From positions 558,001 through 622,000 of the forward strand of contig AP024667.1 of NCBI GenBank assembly GCA_024346625.1: a DNA stretch of 64,000 bases, in the 5' to 3' direction. Below, in pieces: positions 42,656 through 54,988 of the stretch. The stretch comes from Williopsis jadinii. Lineage: Eukaryota. How positions within the stretch are numbered: position 1 is the stretch's first letter; every line of letters starts with the position of its first letter. The translations under genes and the position numbers were made by a program. A model generated the notes under the pieces. It saw only the letters and a list, made by a program, of their open reading frames with translations, ran no database searches and was not told the origin of the DNA.

Positions 42656-44089
42656 TTACATCAGCAGCTCCACTTCTGCAATCATACACAGGTGGTCGCT
42701 CGGGTATTCACCCTCGTGAGGTTGGCCATGTTCAGTCATCTCACTCGCTGGTGGCATCCTCAGCAGCCCAGTGACCCTGGTGTGTGTCAGAGATTCAAAC
42801 TCCTCTAATGTTTCCACTTTCGAACTCGTGCTTGGTTCCCATGATGTAATGAAACAGATGTAGTCCAACAGCCCTCTCCAGGCATGGGCCCAATTCGAGA
42901 TCTCTGGCTCCCCAGCATCGTTATCCAGGCCCGAGTTCTCTGGATGGACCAGGTTGTAGGCAACAGAGTATAACGAGATGGCTCTCATGGGCAGATTGTT
43001 GTGCAGGTTTTGCATCTTCACCACCAATTGTTGCTGTTCCTCCGTGGCTACGAACTCATCTGGCACTGGGTCCTTTGGCTGGTTCTCCCCAAATTTCTCA
43101 ATGTTGCCACCTTCTTCGTCGTTATCCTCATCATCAACGCCTTCTCTGAGCTTGGAGTACTGGAAAGATGTGGAGCACTCAATCACTCTTTTACAGCGTT
43201 CGTCGTAGACCACTGGTTTGGATGTCATTGACAAGTATGGGGAGTCAAAGGGCTGAGAGTTGAAATCACCGCCAAAATAGTTGAACCACTCGCCTCCCTG
43301 TAGCAGTTTCACCCTCTGCTCGAACTCGCTGAACTTCTTCAGTATCACGTAGGTCTGCCTGGTTCTCTCATATGTGCCGAATGGATGCCAGAAGAGATGT
43401 GTTGTGCCAACGAGTATACCTTTCTTGTCAGTATCTGGGTATTGAGCCAGGACGGATTTCTGGAACTGGAGAGCCAGCACCAGGCCCACGTTCTTCGTCA
43501 CAGTTCTCGGTTCTACCTCACCACTGGGCTCCTTATCGTAGTCGATATTCATTCTGTCGGTCATGAAGAACAGCTTCGCCTTGAAGAAGATCGCAACTCC
43601 GTGGTTCTTTTCTCCCCATCTGTTATACTGCGAATCATAGCCCAGCTTAGCCAGCTCGGCCTTCCAGAAGGACTTGTACTGCACATAATCAACCTCCTGG
43701 AGCAGCAGGACGTCACTGTCATAGTGCTTGAACTCGCTCAGCAAAACCTGTGATCTCTTGAACCACTTCACGGCATTCCCACTGGTGGGGAACAGCTTTC
43801 TTCGAATCAGAGCCTGTGCCAATACGTTGTAGGTCATTATAGACACCTTGAAAGCGTTGCTCCGTGGCTTCAGCCCCGGGACTCGTAGAATTGGTCTCTT
43901 TATGAACCTGAGATCCTTTGGAATCGCAAGCTCATCGGGATCTATGCCTTGAGCAATGAGCGCATCTCTTTTGGCCTTCTTCGCAGCTTCACGCTTGGCC
44001 CTTTGTTCTGCGATATACTCTGGCGTGATGTTTGGAGGCGGCTTGGCTTTTCCTCTCTTCTTATCACTCGAAGCAGTATCAGAGCTCAT
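42656..44089 (-). CDS. NGL2: Ccr4-like EEP-family RNase (Ngl2/Ngl3)
   Basis: MTYNVLAQALIRRKLFP, LQEVD, TTHLFWHPFGTYERTRQ, GDFNSQP, WRGLLDYI, YPSDHL. Confidence 0.9.
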   Translation of the reverse strand: MSSDTASSDKKRGKAKPPPNITPEYIAEQRAKREAAKKAKRDALIAQGIDPDELAIPKDLRFIKRPILRVPGLKPRSNAFKVSIMTYNVLAQALIRRKLFPTSGNAVKWFKRSQVLLSEFKHYDSDVLLLQEVDYVQYKSFWKAELAKLGYDSQYNRWGEKNHGVAIFFKAKLFFMTDRMNIDYDKEPSGEVEPRTVTKNVGLVLALQFQKSVLAQYPDTDKKGILVGTTHLFWHPFGTYERTRQTYVILKKFSEFEQRVKLLQGGEWFNYFGGDFNSQPFDSPYLSMTSKPVVYDERCKRVIECSTSFQYSKLREGVDDEDNDEEGGNIEKFGENQPKDPVPDEFVATEEQQQLVVKMQNLHNNLPMRAISLYSVAYNLVHPENSGLDNDAGEPEISNWAHAWRGLLDYICFITSWEPSTSSKVETLEEFESLTHTRVTGLLRMPPASEMTEHGQPHEGEYPSDHLCMIAEVELLM

Positions 44090-44399
44090 GGTCACCGGGC
44101 ACAATTGAGGGTATTCGAGAGCCGTTGATGGTAGTAAAGGGACAGTTAGTACGGAACAATTTTTTTTTGCTTATTCCCTCTCACACGCATCTCGGAGAAA
44201 CTCATCATCGCGGATCACCACAGCAACAGCAGTAGTGAAACAGCACCTACAACAACATCACAATGATACTATCAAAACTAATACAAATAGGCCATTCTGT
44301 TTATTGGCAGTATGGACATGGACAAAGAACACTCGTTATCAATCTCGTATTCAAAACAAAACGTGTATATATCACATAAACTTCTCCCCTTCTGTTGCT

Positions 44400-45909
44400 T
44401 CATTGAGCTGGAGCCCACTGGTTCATATTCTCAAGCTGTGTCACTTTCCCATTACCACTAACTACGACAACCTGTGGAGGAACAACGGCTTGTCCCTGTA
44501 TCTGCACTGGTAGGATCTCAGGTGGTGCGATATTCACGCCATTGGTGGTTATCTGTTGTCTCAGCTGACCATCGACTGTGAGTTGTGGTCCTTGAACAAC
44601 TTGCGCCCCGACTTGTGGGGACGTTTGAATTGGACCACCCGGTACTGTTACCGTTGTTACTGGTGGAGCAATGGGTACACTTGCTGCTAGCTGTTGCTGT
44701 TGTTGCTGTTGTTGTTGTTGCTGTTGTTGTTGCTGTTGTTGTTGCTGATTGCTGCTGTTGCTGTTGCTGCTGCTGCTGTACCAAATTCGGATTGATTGGT
44801 TGAACAGTAGGCACTATATGAGAAGGATTATCACCACGTAACCTCGCAATGTAATTAGTGCCGTTAATCGTCTGCAAGATGGTGTCCACTATAGGTGATA
44901 ATGCACTGGCCTGTTTCCCTTCGACAATGGATTGATGCAATAAAAGCGACTGCTGCCTTAGCTGATCTAATGCACTTGTGAGGTTGTTGTATTCGTTGAG
45001 GTAAAAGTTCAAATCGTTCTCCATCTTGATGATTTGCTCTTTCTTTCTCTTCCGGCATTTCGAAGCAGCCATCCTGTTTCTTTCCAAGAAGCTCTTACGT
45101 TTCTGCTCCTCGGTAGCATCTTCGTCATTGCCATTGCTGTTGTCATTATTAATACCGTTGTTCTCCCCTTCGGACTCAGATTTCGGTTTCTTAGCTTTCC
45201 GTTCTTCAGCTTCAACCTGTTTGGCCTTGCCTGTCCTTTTACGTCCTCTCTTTCCTTTAGGCTTAGCATCATTCAAAATGACACTGTCATCGCCATTTGC
45301 ACCCAGAGCGTTCTGCTTGGTCACAGCGTCCGCTGTTGCTGTCTGCATCGTGCTCGTACTCGCGGCTATGTCTGCGGTGGTGTTCGTATTCGCACTGGCG
45401 TTTGTATTTGTCGAGGCATTCGCATCCGTCGTATCAGTTCTCACTGAACGGTCGTCAGCCTGGAGCTGTTGGTCAAAGTCCTTGGTGCTCGACGCCAGGA
45501 ACGAGCTCAGCCCAGGTGTAAGGCCACCTGGGAACCCCAGCGATCCCGGCGTGGCAACCCCTGGCAGCGACATGTTCTGCAGCGAGTGAGGGAAGCTCTG
45601 TCCTCCCGGCGTGAGCCCTGTCCTGATGTTGGAGTCGTTCGGCGTGAGCCCTGTTCTCACGTACTGGGTGCTCCCCCAGCTGGATGGCACATTGGGAGAC
45701 AGCACCAGTGGCGGTAGCTTGCGGCCTCCAGGCGTCAGGATCTGTGGAGACGTCCCGAGCCCGCCAATCGTCGGAGGCTTCTCACCAGAGCCGCCGCCCG
45801 CTGTCGACGACTGTCCGTCCTTCGAGGCAAAGCTCTGCTCGAAGGGGTTGGGCTCGAGGTCGAACGAAGTCTTCGAGCTAGCCGCCGTTGATAAAGGTCC
45901 CTGAGACAT
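44400..45909 (-). CDS. SKO1: ATF/CREB bZIP repressor Sko1, with an apparent 1-bp frameshift at 44748
   Basis: FDLEPNPFEQSF, LTPGGRKLPPL, RTGLTP repeats, bZIP KRKSFLERNRMAASKCRKRKK. As given, the frame ends at 44518; the corrected frame ends at 44400. Confidence 0.88.
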
Positions 45910-46482
45910 CGCAAACGCTTCGTGTCCGCTGTCTGCTCCGTGTCCCGTGTCCCGTGTCCCGTGTCTGCGCTCTGTGTCCGTGCGAATCACCAGCGTAGCC
46001 AAATCGATCAGAAACCCGCTTGTGTCCCTACGCACACCTCAAAAGGCCTTTGTTGTTGTTGTTTTTCGCCTTTTACGCCGTGAACTTATCAACGATTTAC
46101 TAAAAACAAGTGGGCAAAATCCACGTTGAAAAGGGCAGCAGCAAACAAACCAACAACGGGAGGAAATTCGCTTCTAAAAAAAGCTGTGTACAAGTTCTAA
46201 AAACCACGCGCGCAGGCACACGCACGCACTCACTCACACTCACACGCAATTTTCCCGCTTGCAAAGTGTGTAAACTGTGGAATGGGCGGCCTTCCTCGGT
46301 GTGCGATTTGTCTCAATGGGCCGCAGCGGACGAGCTCTGGCGGCGATTGGGGCTCGAGCTGGGGCTTTGTAACCGCAGTTGTAGGGACGTTTTGATGCAA
46401 TGTTCAACACAGAGTTCCGAGGTGTGCCTCAAGGACGCTGTGTTCCGCTTTAAGTTTGTCTTGTTTATGCAGATGGGGAGTG

Positions 46483-46600
46483 TGTTTTGTTTGTTTTGTC
46501 TGTTTTGTCTGTTTTGTCTGTTTTGTTTGGGCGATCGCCACGGCTACCGGAGGGCGATGTGTGTCTGTTAGCAGTTTAAGCTGCGGTGGTGGTGGTGGTG

Positions 46601-46637
<37 letters not shown>

Positions 46638-46662
46638 TATGGTTGTTGTTGTAGCAGCAGCA
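46483..46662. repeat. Simple-sequence cluster: (TGTTTTGTY)x5 and compound (GGT)n(GTA)n(GTT)n(GCA)n
   Basis: Direct inspection; lies upstream of SKO1. Confidence 0.9.
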
Positions 46663-46967
46663 TGTATTCTCCAGAAATATACCATATGTAGTGGATGGGA
46701 CAAGTTCCAATAACGCCAGCACCAGTACTGAGCATATTCGATCAACCGAACTCCAAGGCACTGGGCACATTACACGGTGGTGCATTGCTCTACCAACAGC
46801 ACACAGCTTTGTATGTACGCCATAAGACGGCCTGAACGAACACAGCACACGGTCGGTGTGACCCTATGTGGACAACTCCAATCAGTCACCACGGATGTGT
46901 ATCTCCAATGGAAGCCTTCTGGAAGCAACCAGTGCACCTGAGCAGTAGATCGTAATGATACAACGAA

Positions 46968-48731
46968 TCATCTACGATCAACTGTGGTGTGGAGATGGTG
47001 CTCTTGCATGAACAAGCCGGAAACCCACGCCAGAACCACCGTTGCCACAGAGAATAGCAGAGCTGAGTGCGAGCTGATGTCATACGAATCTCTAATGAGC
47101 TCTTTGAAGATCTTGGGGGCCTGTAGGATGTAGGACGAAGAATTGGCGGCCTTGGTAATGATCCGTGCGATTTGGTCCCTGGTGTATTCGTCTTGGTCAA
47201 CGTCGTACAACGACTCAAGCGATCTGACAAGAGACCGTTGGAAGATGAAACTCGAGATCGAGACACCAATCGTGGACCCTGTGGCTCTAAACGCATACTG
47301 GATCGACGTGGTTGCTGCTTGGTCCTTCAGCGAAACAGACGCAATCAATGCCAATAGTGTGACGGTTAAGATCGCAGCATAGCCAGCCCCAGGAATGAAC
47401 AGCTCAACGTACTGGAACCAGTACGGCGTATCACGACCATTCAGATAGAGCATCAGGATACCGAGGATCGTAACAAGGTTGGATATGATCGAAAAGTACA
47501 GGTATTTCCCTGTACGTTTCATATACAATCCGGAAAGGTAAGATCCCATCGAAACACCAACGAAATTCGATATCGTTCTTAATCCAATCTGTGTAGGCGA
47601 TAGCCCACTGACTGACGACCAGAACACTGGAACGTAGAAGAGGTACGTGAAGACGGCCATTGACATGAACCAGTTCACCAAACTTGACGCTAGAACGGTT
47701 CTAAACGTCAACAGATGCACTGGGATAACTGGGTGCTCTGCAACGTAAAGCTCAACGTATACGAATAGAGAACAGCATACAACCATGCACAGAATGAGAA
47801 GCCAAAAGGTCAAGCTACCAGCACGAAGTTCATGGCCGGTAAAGGAAACCAGAATCATAAACGACAAAAGAGTCGTAACAAGTAAAAAGGCGCCGGTAAA
47901 GTCGACGTGTTTCAACTTCTCCCTTTTGCTACCTTCGAAGCCCAACCCAGCAGCACCTGGTGGTAGGTGGAAGTTCTTTAACAGCATCGCCATACAGAAG
48001 AGCGATATTGGCACTTGGCTGTAGAACGCCCATTCCCATCCAAGATACCTTTGGAATAACGCGCCCCATATACCACCGGTAGAAGCACCAAGCCCGAATG
48101 CTATGTTACCAAAGCCCTGGTAAACGCCTCTTTTACGTAGTGGAACCAAGTCGCTCGTTGTGATAACACTCAGAGACGTCAAGCCGCCACCTCCTATGCC
48201 AGTTATAAACCTCCCAATGGACAACCCTACCAGGTTATGGTTATAGCCAGAGATCAGACATCCAAGTGCAAACATCACGTTTGAGAACACCAACAAGGGC
48301 TTTCTTCCAAAGATATCACTGACTTTCCCATACAGCGGCTGGAACGCTGAGCAGGACAGCAGATACGACGTTGCAATCCACGACATCTTCGACACAGCGT
48401 TGATATCAGACGCAATGGTGGATAAAAGGGTGGTGACCACGGTGGTGTCCAGAGCAGAGAGGAAGCTGCCAATGTATAAGGAGCTGATGATAACGATTAC
48501 CTGTCTGTGTGTCAGCTCAGGGTGGCTCTGCGACTGCTCCTCTGTCTGTCTCGCAACCTCACCTTCCTCCACTGAACTCCCCTGCTCAATGGCGCCGTAT
48601 CCTTCAACTGGCTCGTGATAAATCACGTCAGCAGTATGCTCAAGCGCATCCTTCGCAGCAAGACCAGAAGCATCAAAGGTCGGGTCGTTCAGAGCATCAA
48701 CATCCGCCTCCAACAGCGGTGAAGATGACAT
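46968..48731 (-). CDS. 14-TM MFS transporter, vacuolar basic amino acid (Vba)-like
   Basis: FLSALDTTVVTT, SWIATSYLL, QPLYGKVSDIFGRK, GRFITGIGGGG, SDLVPLRKRGVYQG, FRATGSTIGVS. Confidence 0.85.
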   Translation of the reverse strand: MSSSPLLEADVDALNDPTFDASGLAAKDALEHTADVIYHEPVEGYGAIEQGSSVEEGEVARQTEEQSQSHPELTHRQVIVIISSLYIGSFLSALDTTVVTTLLSTIASDINAVSKMSWIATSYLLSCSAFQPLYGKVSDIFGRKPLLVFSNVMFALGCLISGYNHNLVGLSIGRFITGIGGGGLTSLSVITTSDLVPLRKRGVYQGFGNIAFGLGASTGGIWGALFQRYLGWEWAFYSQVPISLFCMAMLLKNFHLPPGAAGLGFEGSKREKLKHVDFTGAFLLVTTLLSFMILVSFTGHELRAGSLTFWLLILCMVVCCSLFVYVELYVAEHPVIPVHLLTFRTVLASSLVNWFMSMAVFTYLFYVPVFWSSVSGLSPTQIGLRTISNFVGVSMGSYLSGLYMKRTGKYLYFSIISNLVTILGILMLYLNGRDTPYWFQYVELFIPGAGYAAILTVTLLALIASVSLKDQAATTSIQYAFRATGSTIGVSISSFIFQRSLVRSLESLYDVDQDEYTRDQIARIITKAANSSSYILQAPKIFKELIRDSYDISSHSALLFSVATVVLAWVSGLFMQEHHLHTTVDRR

Positions 48732-49431
48732 GGCACAAGTAGCGAGTGGAGCTCAGCAAACGAAACAAGTAGCAGGAGAAGTGTGAAATGGCCGGCTTTT
48801 ATACTCCTTCAAGTTCCAAGTCGACGCCGGATTTGGTTCCTCGTGTTTTTTCTGCTTCTTGTATGCAAATTTACGAGCTACTTGGTGCCTTAAACCACAG
48901 TGTGCAATGTTTTTAGCGCTTGAAGTCCTTCAGTATCACACGGCTAATGCCCTCAAGGTGAGTTGTAGCTCGCGACAACAAACCCGGTGCCGGCGTGATG
49001 AGCGATGACAACTGCATGTGCTACATTGGGATTTATAACCGACTTCTCTCTGGGTGTCGGTCCTTCTACAGAAACCGTGTAGAGAACAGTAAACAGTTCT
49101 TCCTTTGATATCCTCGATTGTTGGTCAGAAGAAGAGGAAAGGGTTATATAACTAAACACAATGGGAACAAAGCAATAAAAATGTAGAGGACAGGGCTGGA
49201 ACGATGTAGTTAGACCGAGAGAACATGATGGTACTTTACGCGAGGAAGAAAAACGACCAGTGGGTTCAGCTGGGATACGTGTAGGGTATGGTGGGAGTGG
49301 GCAAGAGAGGAGGGCATGGTTGCACAGTACGTGGACATTAAAGGTACGGAGGAGGAAAGTGATGGAGGGTTGAATTATCTGGCTGTGAGTCTGGGTATCG
49401 GAAAGGACTTGAAGAAGTAAGCTTCTTAAGC

Positions 49432-51234
49432 TTATTCCAGAACTTCGTCAAGAGATTGCTCGTCAGCGTAATCCAGCTCCTCGTCATCATCCACAGTGGC
49501 GTCTTGGTATTGCTGGTACTCTGAGACCAAATCGTTCATATTGGACTCAGCCTCGGTGAACTCCATCTCATCCATACCTTCAGATGTGTACCAGTGCAAG
49601 AAAGCCTTCTTTCTGAACATGGCAGAGAACTGGTCGCCCACTCTCTTGAACAACTCCTGGATGGACGTTGAGTTACCGATGAAAGTAGCAGCCATATCCA
49701 AGTCCTTTGGAGCGACAGAACAGACAGCACTTTGGACATTGTTTGGAATCCATTCGACAAAGTAAGCAGAGTTCTTGGTTTGAACTTTGTACATCTCATC
49801 TTCCACTTCCTTCACGGACACTTTACCTCTGAAGAAAGCAGCAACGGTCAAGTATCTACCGTTTCTTGGGTCAGAAGCAGCCATCATATTTCTAGCATCA
49901 AACATCTGCTGTGTCAATTCTGGAACAGTTAAGGATCTGAACTCCTTCGAACCCAAAGATGTCAATGGGGCATAACCAACCATGAAGAAGTGCAATCTTG
50001 GGAATGGAACCAAGTTGACAGCCAATTTTCTCAAATCGGAGTTCAACTGACCTGGGTAACGTAAAGACGTAGTAACACCGGACATCACAGAACTGACCAA
50101 ATGGTTCAACTCGTTATACGATGGTTGGTTCAACTTCAAAGTCTTCAAACAGATATCGTACAAGGCCTCGTTGTCGATACAGAAAGTTTCATCCGAGTTC
50201 TCAACCAACTGGTGAATGGACAAGGTGGCATTATATGGCTCGACAACGGTGTCTGACGTCTTTGGAGATGGAACAATAGAGAATGTAGCCATCATTCTAT
50301 CTGGGAACTCCTCTCTAATCTTGGAGATTAAAAGGGTACCCATACCAGACCCGGTACCACCACCGAGAGAGTGGGTGATTTGGAAACCTTGTAAGGAGTC
50401 ACAACCCTCTGCCTCTCTTCTAACAACGTCCATCACAGAGTCCACCAACTCGGCACCTTCAGTGTAGTGACCCTTTGCCCAGACGTTACCTGCGGAGGAC
50501 TGACCAAAGATGAAGTTATCCGGTCTGAACAAGTTACCAATGTTGGAGTTCTTCACGGCGTCAATGGTACCTGGCTCCAAATCAACGTTAACGGAACGTG
50601 GCACATATTTACCGGAGGAGGCCTCGTTGAAATAAACGTTCAACTTGGCCCTCTGGATCTCCTCGGTACCATGGTAGTTACCATTGTTGTCCAATCCATG
50701 CTCACCACAGATAGTTTCCCAGAAGGCAGCACCCTATAATATATCACTGTTAGTCATCCGCGCTCTTGTCATTGCGCCCTGCTCTGGCGCCAGCCATAAC
50801 TTCCACTGACCACCGCCAAATTGGTCCTCGCTTTTGCCATCACAGAACCACGCAAAAAAATGTAAACAAAGGCCATGGAAAGGCGTATACGTACGATTTG
50901 GTTACCACACTGACCAGCTGATAAATGAATCTAAACATCTGTTAGTACTCGGCCGTCCCAGAACGTGTGCTCTATCGAATGTCTGTGTATTCGCCCCCGT
51001 CGTTGCGCTGCCGCCGTTGTATGTTGCGCCCTCGCTGCGTGTTTTTTGTTACTGATCATAATGGGAATGTTGTAAACAACACGCGCCAGATCTCTTGATG
51101 TTTCATGAAACAACTTCGAGAAACGGCCAGATCTTTGCCTCACGACAGGCGCGTGAGGGCTCGTCGTCACTTCGTCCATCGACACACACAAAATTCGATA
51201 TCGCTATGGCTTTCAAACGTACAATTTCTCTCAT
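49432..51234 (-). CDS. TUB2: Beta-tubulin; exons 51234-51223, 50930-50895, 50733-49432
   Basis: [40 protein letters not shown], acidic tail. Confidence 0.98.
50734..50894 (-). other. TUB2 intron 2 (161 nt)
   Basis: GTACGT donor, GACTAAC branch, TAG acceptor; phase 0. Confidence 0.92.
50931..51222 (-). other. TUB2 intron 1 (292 nt)
   Basis: GTACGT donor, TACTAAC branch, TAG acceptor; phase 0. Confidence 0.92.
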
Positions 51235-51883
51235 TGCGTTCTTCGATTTATGTTGTAAGCTTGTAGGAGGAGGTTGTGTTTATGTTTTTGGTGCAATTTT
51301 TTTCTCTGTTCTCTTCTTGTGCTCCCAACCCTCAGAAGCTTGCAAAAAGCGCGAAAAAACAAGAGCAAAACCAAAATAAACACAGGCTAAGATCCCAATT
51401 CGGTAAGTCGCACGGGCGAGGTTGTGACACGAAAAGAGGTTGGTTGGTTGCCACAGCAACGGAAGCTAGAGTTCCTAATTGGGGCATCTGGTGTATTTGC
51501 CGTTGTATATGTATACCGGACGAGTGAGCTTCGGTCTCTTGGCCGCGGCCCAGGACACAGCACCAAGGGAATTGGCCACGCAGCAATGTTTGTCGTGTAT
51601 ATGAACAGCCAGCAGGGCAGTGGAGTCACTGGTACGAGGATAGCAGAGAGGTTTTGAACCCCAATGGGCTGTTCAGAACCGTCGACATTTCAAAATGGAT
51701 GTGCTGCATTTTTCCGGGCTATCGGTCGGCTTTTTTTATCTTTGCCAGCGCAGATGAAAAATTCGAAATTTCGCCAACAAACATTGTACGTAATTGGGGA
51801 CTTGATGAAATCGGTTTAAAAGAGGCGTTTTCTCCAATTCCTTTTAGTTCTTCCGACTTGTAACGCTGAGAACACCAGTACAC

Positions 51884-52856
51884 ATGGGATCTACACCTCA
51901 AGAAGCAATCTCTGTTTCGAGATTTGTCGAACTGCTAAAGCCGAAATTGAAAGTAAGTAACGGTCTTTTTTTTGCTTTTTTGCGCTTCTTCCTACCAACG
52001 GCAATCAGTTTTAACTGATAAAGGATTCTCAAGGAGGAGGAGGAAGCATGTGTATGAGCCTACGATATGGGATGGCATTCATCATGACGTCGTTACTAAC
52101 CCTTGGATCAAATCATAGACCTCACAGTTTTTCTGGTATCTGGGACATGTATCTACAGTTGTGAATACGGTGTTGTATCAGTTCTTTGCCATCTTTTCGG
52201 CTAGAACTTCAAAAAAGTACTATAACTATGCGCTCTTATCAATAGTCACGACGTACTCAATTGTGCTATTCCAAGTGGTGAGATCCTCAAAGACCAGTAT
52301 ATTTAACGTTCGGTTCTTGATGTCAAACGACAACTTCCAATACTTGGGGCTGGCGGTAGTTTGGTACTTTGTCTCCCACTACAAGGTCATCAGCGGAGGG
52401 CTATATCCATTCATCATATTCTCAACCTTCCATGCGGCAAACTATACAAAGAACTACATATTGCCGATCTTACCAAGCCTTTCGTCCCACACAAAGGATC
52501 ATTATTCAGCGGTGATCCAACACTTTATATCAACTTACAACGAGCAATCTCTGATCATCGCCACGAACTGTGAGATTTATATCCTTATACAACTCCTGTT
52601 GGCATCTCCGTTGATCCTGTACTACCTCATCACAAACTTTTGGCTGGCCATTGTCAATGTGATCGTACTCGTTCAATACGCATGCTTCATCAAGATGAGA
52701 TATAGGCAATCAAAGCATACAAAGATGCTGTTCGACGGTACGGTTTATAAATTGGAGGTCATTGTGAACTCCGGAAGAGTTCCCGGTGCTCTTGTGGCTT
52801 ATTACTACCAGCTGAAACAACAAGCTGTTCAAATCGTCAATGCCCTTCCAGTTTAA
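51884..52856 (+). CDS. TMEM33-family membrane protein (Per33/Pom33); exons 51884-51952 and 52119-52856
   Basis: Spliced N-terminus ...KPKLK|TSQFFWYLGHV; TYSIVL, DNFQYLGLAVVW, PFIIFSTFHAANY, FIKMRY motifs; near the SND2/ENV10 gene. Confidence 0.82.
51953..52118 (+). other. Intron (166 nt) in the PER33/POM33-like gene
   Basis: GTAAGT donor, TACTAAC 52094-100, TAG acceptor. Confidence 0.88.
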
Positions 52857-52903
52857 GAGCCAGTATTGACGCTATCAATCCAACAGCTACACAAACCATA
52901 CCA

Positions 52904-52927
52904 TTCCCCAAGTTATAACTTGGGGAA
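52904..52927. repeat. Perfect 24-bp palindrome TTCCCCAAGTTATAACTTGGGGAA
   Basis: Self-reverse-complementary, no spacer. Confidence 0.95.
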
Positions 52928-54373
52928 CAAATTAATGAGGACTCAATGATAACTGAAGTGGTGATTGAAGTCGACGTGTATATTAAGTATCACCGATGGT
53001 GGGTTAAGCTACATCCATGTGTATACTAAACAAATAGAGCCACAGTAATTCCATGACCACTGCTGAACTGTCACATCGGCAACCATAAAGGGTGTAGTCT
53101 TTATTTGCACAACGTCGAAGACACCAATGGACAGAAATGATCCCTGGCAAATGGCTACACTATTATAAGTGAAGTATTGTCGACTTAGATGTTCTTATGT
53201 ATTCACATTGTCATTCATGTCCCGTGTCCTGTGTCCCGTGTCCCATGTGTATCTGTTTTGTCCGCCAACATAAATTTGCATCGTTTTGATAACGGCTTTG
53301 TAGGACACAAAACACCCGTACACATCTGTCTGATGGGGGGCAGGCCGCGTATAAGTGAGTGGATATAAGACATACTGGAACGTAATTATAGTAGATCGCA
53401 TGCGATGGATTGAATATGAGTCCAGTGTTCCAACACTCCACCATATTTAGAGAAAATCACAAGATTTGAGGTTATAGACTCTTTACGAAATAATGATATA
53501 GTTAGCATAACCGGTTAACTAAAAGTCATAATGCAAAATGAAGCTGATCAATATTGAGGAAAAGAGCAATTATTCTTTCAGAATCGTCCTAATATAGAAT
53601 CTTTCGATAAATATTAATTAACAATGATATAGAAGCCAGATCACTGAGGAACAACAAGCACCACCCTAATACCAGCCCCAACCAGCTGCCACTTATCGGT
53701 GTAGAGTTACACCACTGCTCTGCGCTATCAGAGGAAAAATCACATTAACCCAAACACCAACCCATCTGCGCAGAAGATAGCGGACACCCTACGCCGGAAG
53801 CATCGCTCGACAGAACTTGGCTGCTGGGCGGGCCAGGGAGCGCCCCCCAGTGTGGGCAGCAGGAGGGACCGCAAGGCCATTTTCCATGCCAACTGGGGGG
53901 GGGGGGGTCCTCTCACTAACAAATTTACCACCAAACGCACAACAGCAGAGCATTCAGACTGGACAACCTCTCCTAAGAAATAACGCCCAATTACTCGCTA
54001 CCACACTTGAACACCTTTTCCTCCGTAACTCGACCACTGTCCTTCTCTTGTAACCCCATTGTAGAAACCCATGTCATTTCGTTTTCCTACCCAGCCTGCC
54101 CCGTTGTGTCTGATTCTGCTGTCTTTTGTCTGATTCTGCTGTCTTTTGTCTTGTCCTGCTCGCCTTCGTTGATTTCTACGCACAGGACATTTTTTGCTGG
54201 GACTTTTTTTTTCTCGCTTTGTCCGTGAAAAGGGGGAGGGGGCAATTTGTGGACTTCGTTTCTCTCTCACTTTCCCAACTTCACAGTAACCAACAGACTC
54301 ATTCACAGAGACGGAGCGGCAGCTGGAAATTTATCCATTCACACACAACAGGAGAGCCGAAGATAACGACACG

Positions 54374-54988
54374 ATGAATACCGAATACGACTACTTGTTC
54401 AAGCTCTTGTTGATCGGAGACTCCGGTGTCGGAAAGTCGTGTTTGTTGTTGAGATTTGCTGATGACACGTACACAAACGACTACGTTTCCACGATTGGTG
54501 TTGACTTCAAGATCAGAACCATTGAGCTGGATGGGAAGACCATCAAGCTGCAGATCTGGGACACTGCTGGTCAAGAGCGTTTCAGAACCATCACCTCGTC
54601 CTACTACAGAGGCGCCCACGGTATCATCATTGTGTACGACGTCACCGACCAAGAGTCCTTCAACAATGTCAAGCAGTGGCTCCAGGAGATTGACAGATAC
54701 GCCACGGGCGGTGTTATGAAGCTGCTTGTGGGTAACAAGAGCGATCTCACCGATAAGAAAACGGTGGACTATAACGTTGCAAAGGAGTTTGCGGATGCCT
54801 TGGACATTCCATTCTTGGAGACGTCTGCTTTGAACTCAACCAACGTTGAGCAGGCGTTCTTCACAATGGCCAGACAGATTAAGGCAAACGTTGCCAACAA
54901 CGCGGCAAACAATGCTGCTAACAACAAGAGCGCTGTTAACTTGAAGGGTCAATCCATCTCTGGCGGCTCCTCAAGTAACTGTTGTTGA
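54374..54988 (+). CDS. YPT1: Rab1-family GTPase
   Basis: [51 protein letters not shown]-terminal CC. Confidence 0.98.
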   Translation: MNTEYDYLFKLLLIGDSGVGKSCLLLRFADDTYTNDYVSTIGVDFKIRTIELDGKTIKLQIWDTAGQERFRTITSSYYRGAHGIIIVYDVTDQESFNNVKQWLQEIDRYATGGVMKLLVGNKSDLTDKKTVDYNVAKEFADALDIPFLETSALNSTNVEQAFFTMARQIKANVANNAANNAANNKSAVNLKGQSISGGSSSNCC

